Of a stretch of 64,000 nt of DNA, positions 63,408 to 64,000 are shown piece after piece (the first letter of the stretch is position 1; each line of letters starts with the position of its first letter). This DNA is from Mycobacteriales bacterium. GTDB taxonomy: Bacteria > Actinomycetota > Actinomycetes > Mycobacteriales > CADCTP01. The translations under genes and the position numbers were made by a program. Location of the stretch: positions 37,733 to 101,732 of the forward strand of contig DASYKU010000027.1 of assembly GCA_035995165.1 (NCBI GenBank), in the 5' to 3' direction. The notes under the pieces are model-generated. The model made no database searches. It saw only the letters and a list, made by a program, of their open reading frames with translations, and was not told the DNA's origin.

Positions 63408-64000
63408 TCAGCGCCGGATGTCGGGGCCGTTGTGGCCGAGGGCTGCTTGGATCTGGTCGAGCCACTGGATGCGCAGTTGGCGCCCGTTGGGGAGTTGGTC
63501 GTCTCGATCCCAGCGCCACGTCGTGGCTATCGCGAGCGTCAGGATCCGGCACCGGCGGAGCAGGTCCGGATCAGCCGCTGGATAGTGCTCGCTGACCTGT
63601 TCCGGCGCATGGGCGAGGTCGAACTCGACCGGTCCGCGACAGCAGGTCTCCAGGTCGATGAACAGCCGCCCTTTCCTCGTCGTGAGCACGTTGCCCGGAT
63701 GCGGCTCACCGTGCAGCAGCTGCTCATCGGCGCCGCGGTCGCCGATCGCGCGGCTCAGGCCCGTCAGCGTGTCGCGCAGCAGTCCGCGCTCCGCCGCACC
63801 GAGCTCCGGGGTGCGCGCGCGGTTGCCGACCAGCGACTGCGCCTGCGCGACCCGATCGGTGAAGTGCGGCGTGGGAACGTCGATCTGCCGCATGCCGGCA
63901 TGCAGCCGCACGAGCGCCCGCGCGTACTCAGCGGGCGCGAGCTCGGGTGCTGGCAGCGGCTCGTAGTACTTCCACAGCGTGACCGCGAAGCCATCACGTG
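63408..64000 (-). CDS. aminoglycoside/choline-kinase-type phosphotransferase (APH family), C-terminal part (5' end outside the window)
   Basis: The frame is open to the window edge (DGFAVTLWKYYEPL...). LLHGEPHPGNVLTTRKGRLFIDLETCCRGPVEFDL carries the HxxxxN catalytic loop and the IDLE (DxD-like) motif. Confidence 0.75.
   Translation of the reverse strand, partial: RDGFAVTLWKYYEPLPAPELAPAEYARALVRLHAGMRQIDVPTPHFTDRVAQAQSLVGNRARTPELGAAERGLLRDTLTGLSRAIGDRGADEQLLHGEPHPGNVLTTRKGRLFIDLETCCRGPVEFDLAHAPEQVSEHYPAADPDLLRRCRILTLAIATTWRWDRDDQLPNGRQLRIQWLDQIQAALGHNGPDIRR

Noticed and set aside
1-64000. A search for tRNA or rRNA genes, transposases, integrases, prophage genes or IS terminal repeats.
   Set aside because: No candidate sequence or ORF was seen. 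Every gap longer than 120 bp was inspected and contains only promoter-like regions, hairpins or gene remnants.

Overview
This is a very GC-rich chromosomal segment of Actinomycetota type; third codon positions are almost always G or C. I can support about 57 protein-coding genes, four decayed genes, several GC-rich hairpins and three short tandem repeats. I saw no rRNA, tRNA, CRISPR array, transposase or integrase. Many long ORFs in the six-frame track are out-of-frame or antisense 'shadow' ORFs (Arg/Pro/Gly/Ala-rich) or are read-through composites, so I re-derived starts by hand from the sequence.

Gene content from left to right:
- A fatty-acid/F420-type catabolic cluster: ACAD, two LLM oxidoreductases, thiolase, FadR, HSD-type SDR.
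- Glutathione peroxidase and NDH-2.
- A 1,940-aa transglutaminase-like/DUF4011/SF1-helicase/REase-like/DUF3320 protein.
- A TauE exporter and a secreted HNH (DUF1524) nuclease.
- A NarL-type two-component system, divergent from a 1,545-aa secreted protein with a triplicated architecture, followed by a Tat multicopper oxidase and a translationally coupled signal peptidase I.
- A secreted beta-helix glycoside hydrolase.
- A six-gene, tightly coupled DNA-alkylation repair cluster that includes a sigma factor.
- pobA, thiol/sulfur redox genes, and an AKR/HxlR pair divergent from a cyclase/TPP-enzyme pair.
- A WXG/T7SS-type polymorphic toxin with a coupled candidate immunity gene.
- An NhaA-DsbA fusion.
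- An aerobic benzoyl-CoA (box) cluster with a PaaX regulator.
- Hydrolases, a methyltransferase, regulators and transporters.

The best candidates for something undescribed are:
1. The orphan T7SS-type toxin/immunity pair, whose C-terminal domain I cannot assign.
2. The single-gene TGase-like helicase-nuclease.
3. The giant triplicated secreted protein with its MCO, signal peptidase and two-component neighbourhood.
4. The sigma-factor-containing alkylation-response operon.

All family assignments come from reading motifs by eye. No database search was run.
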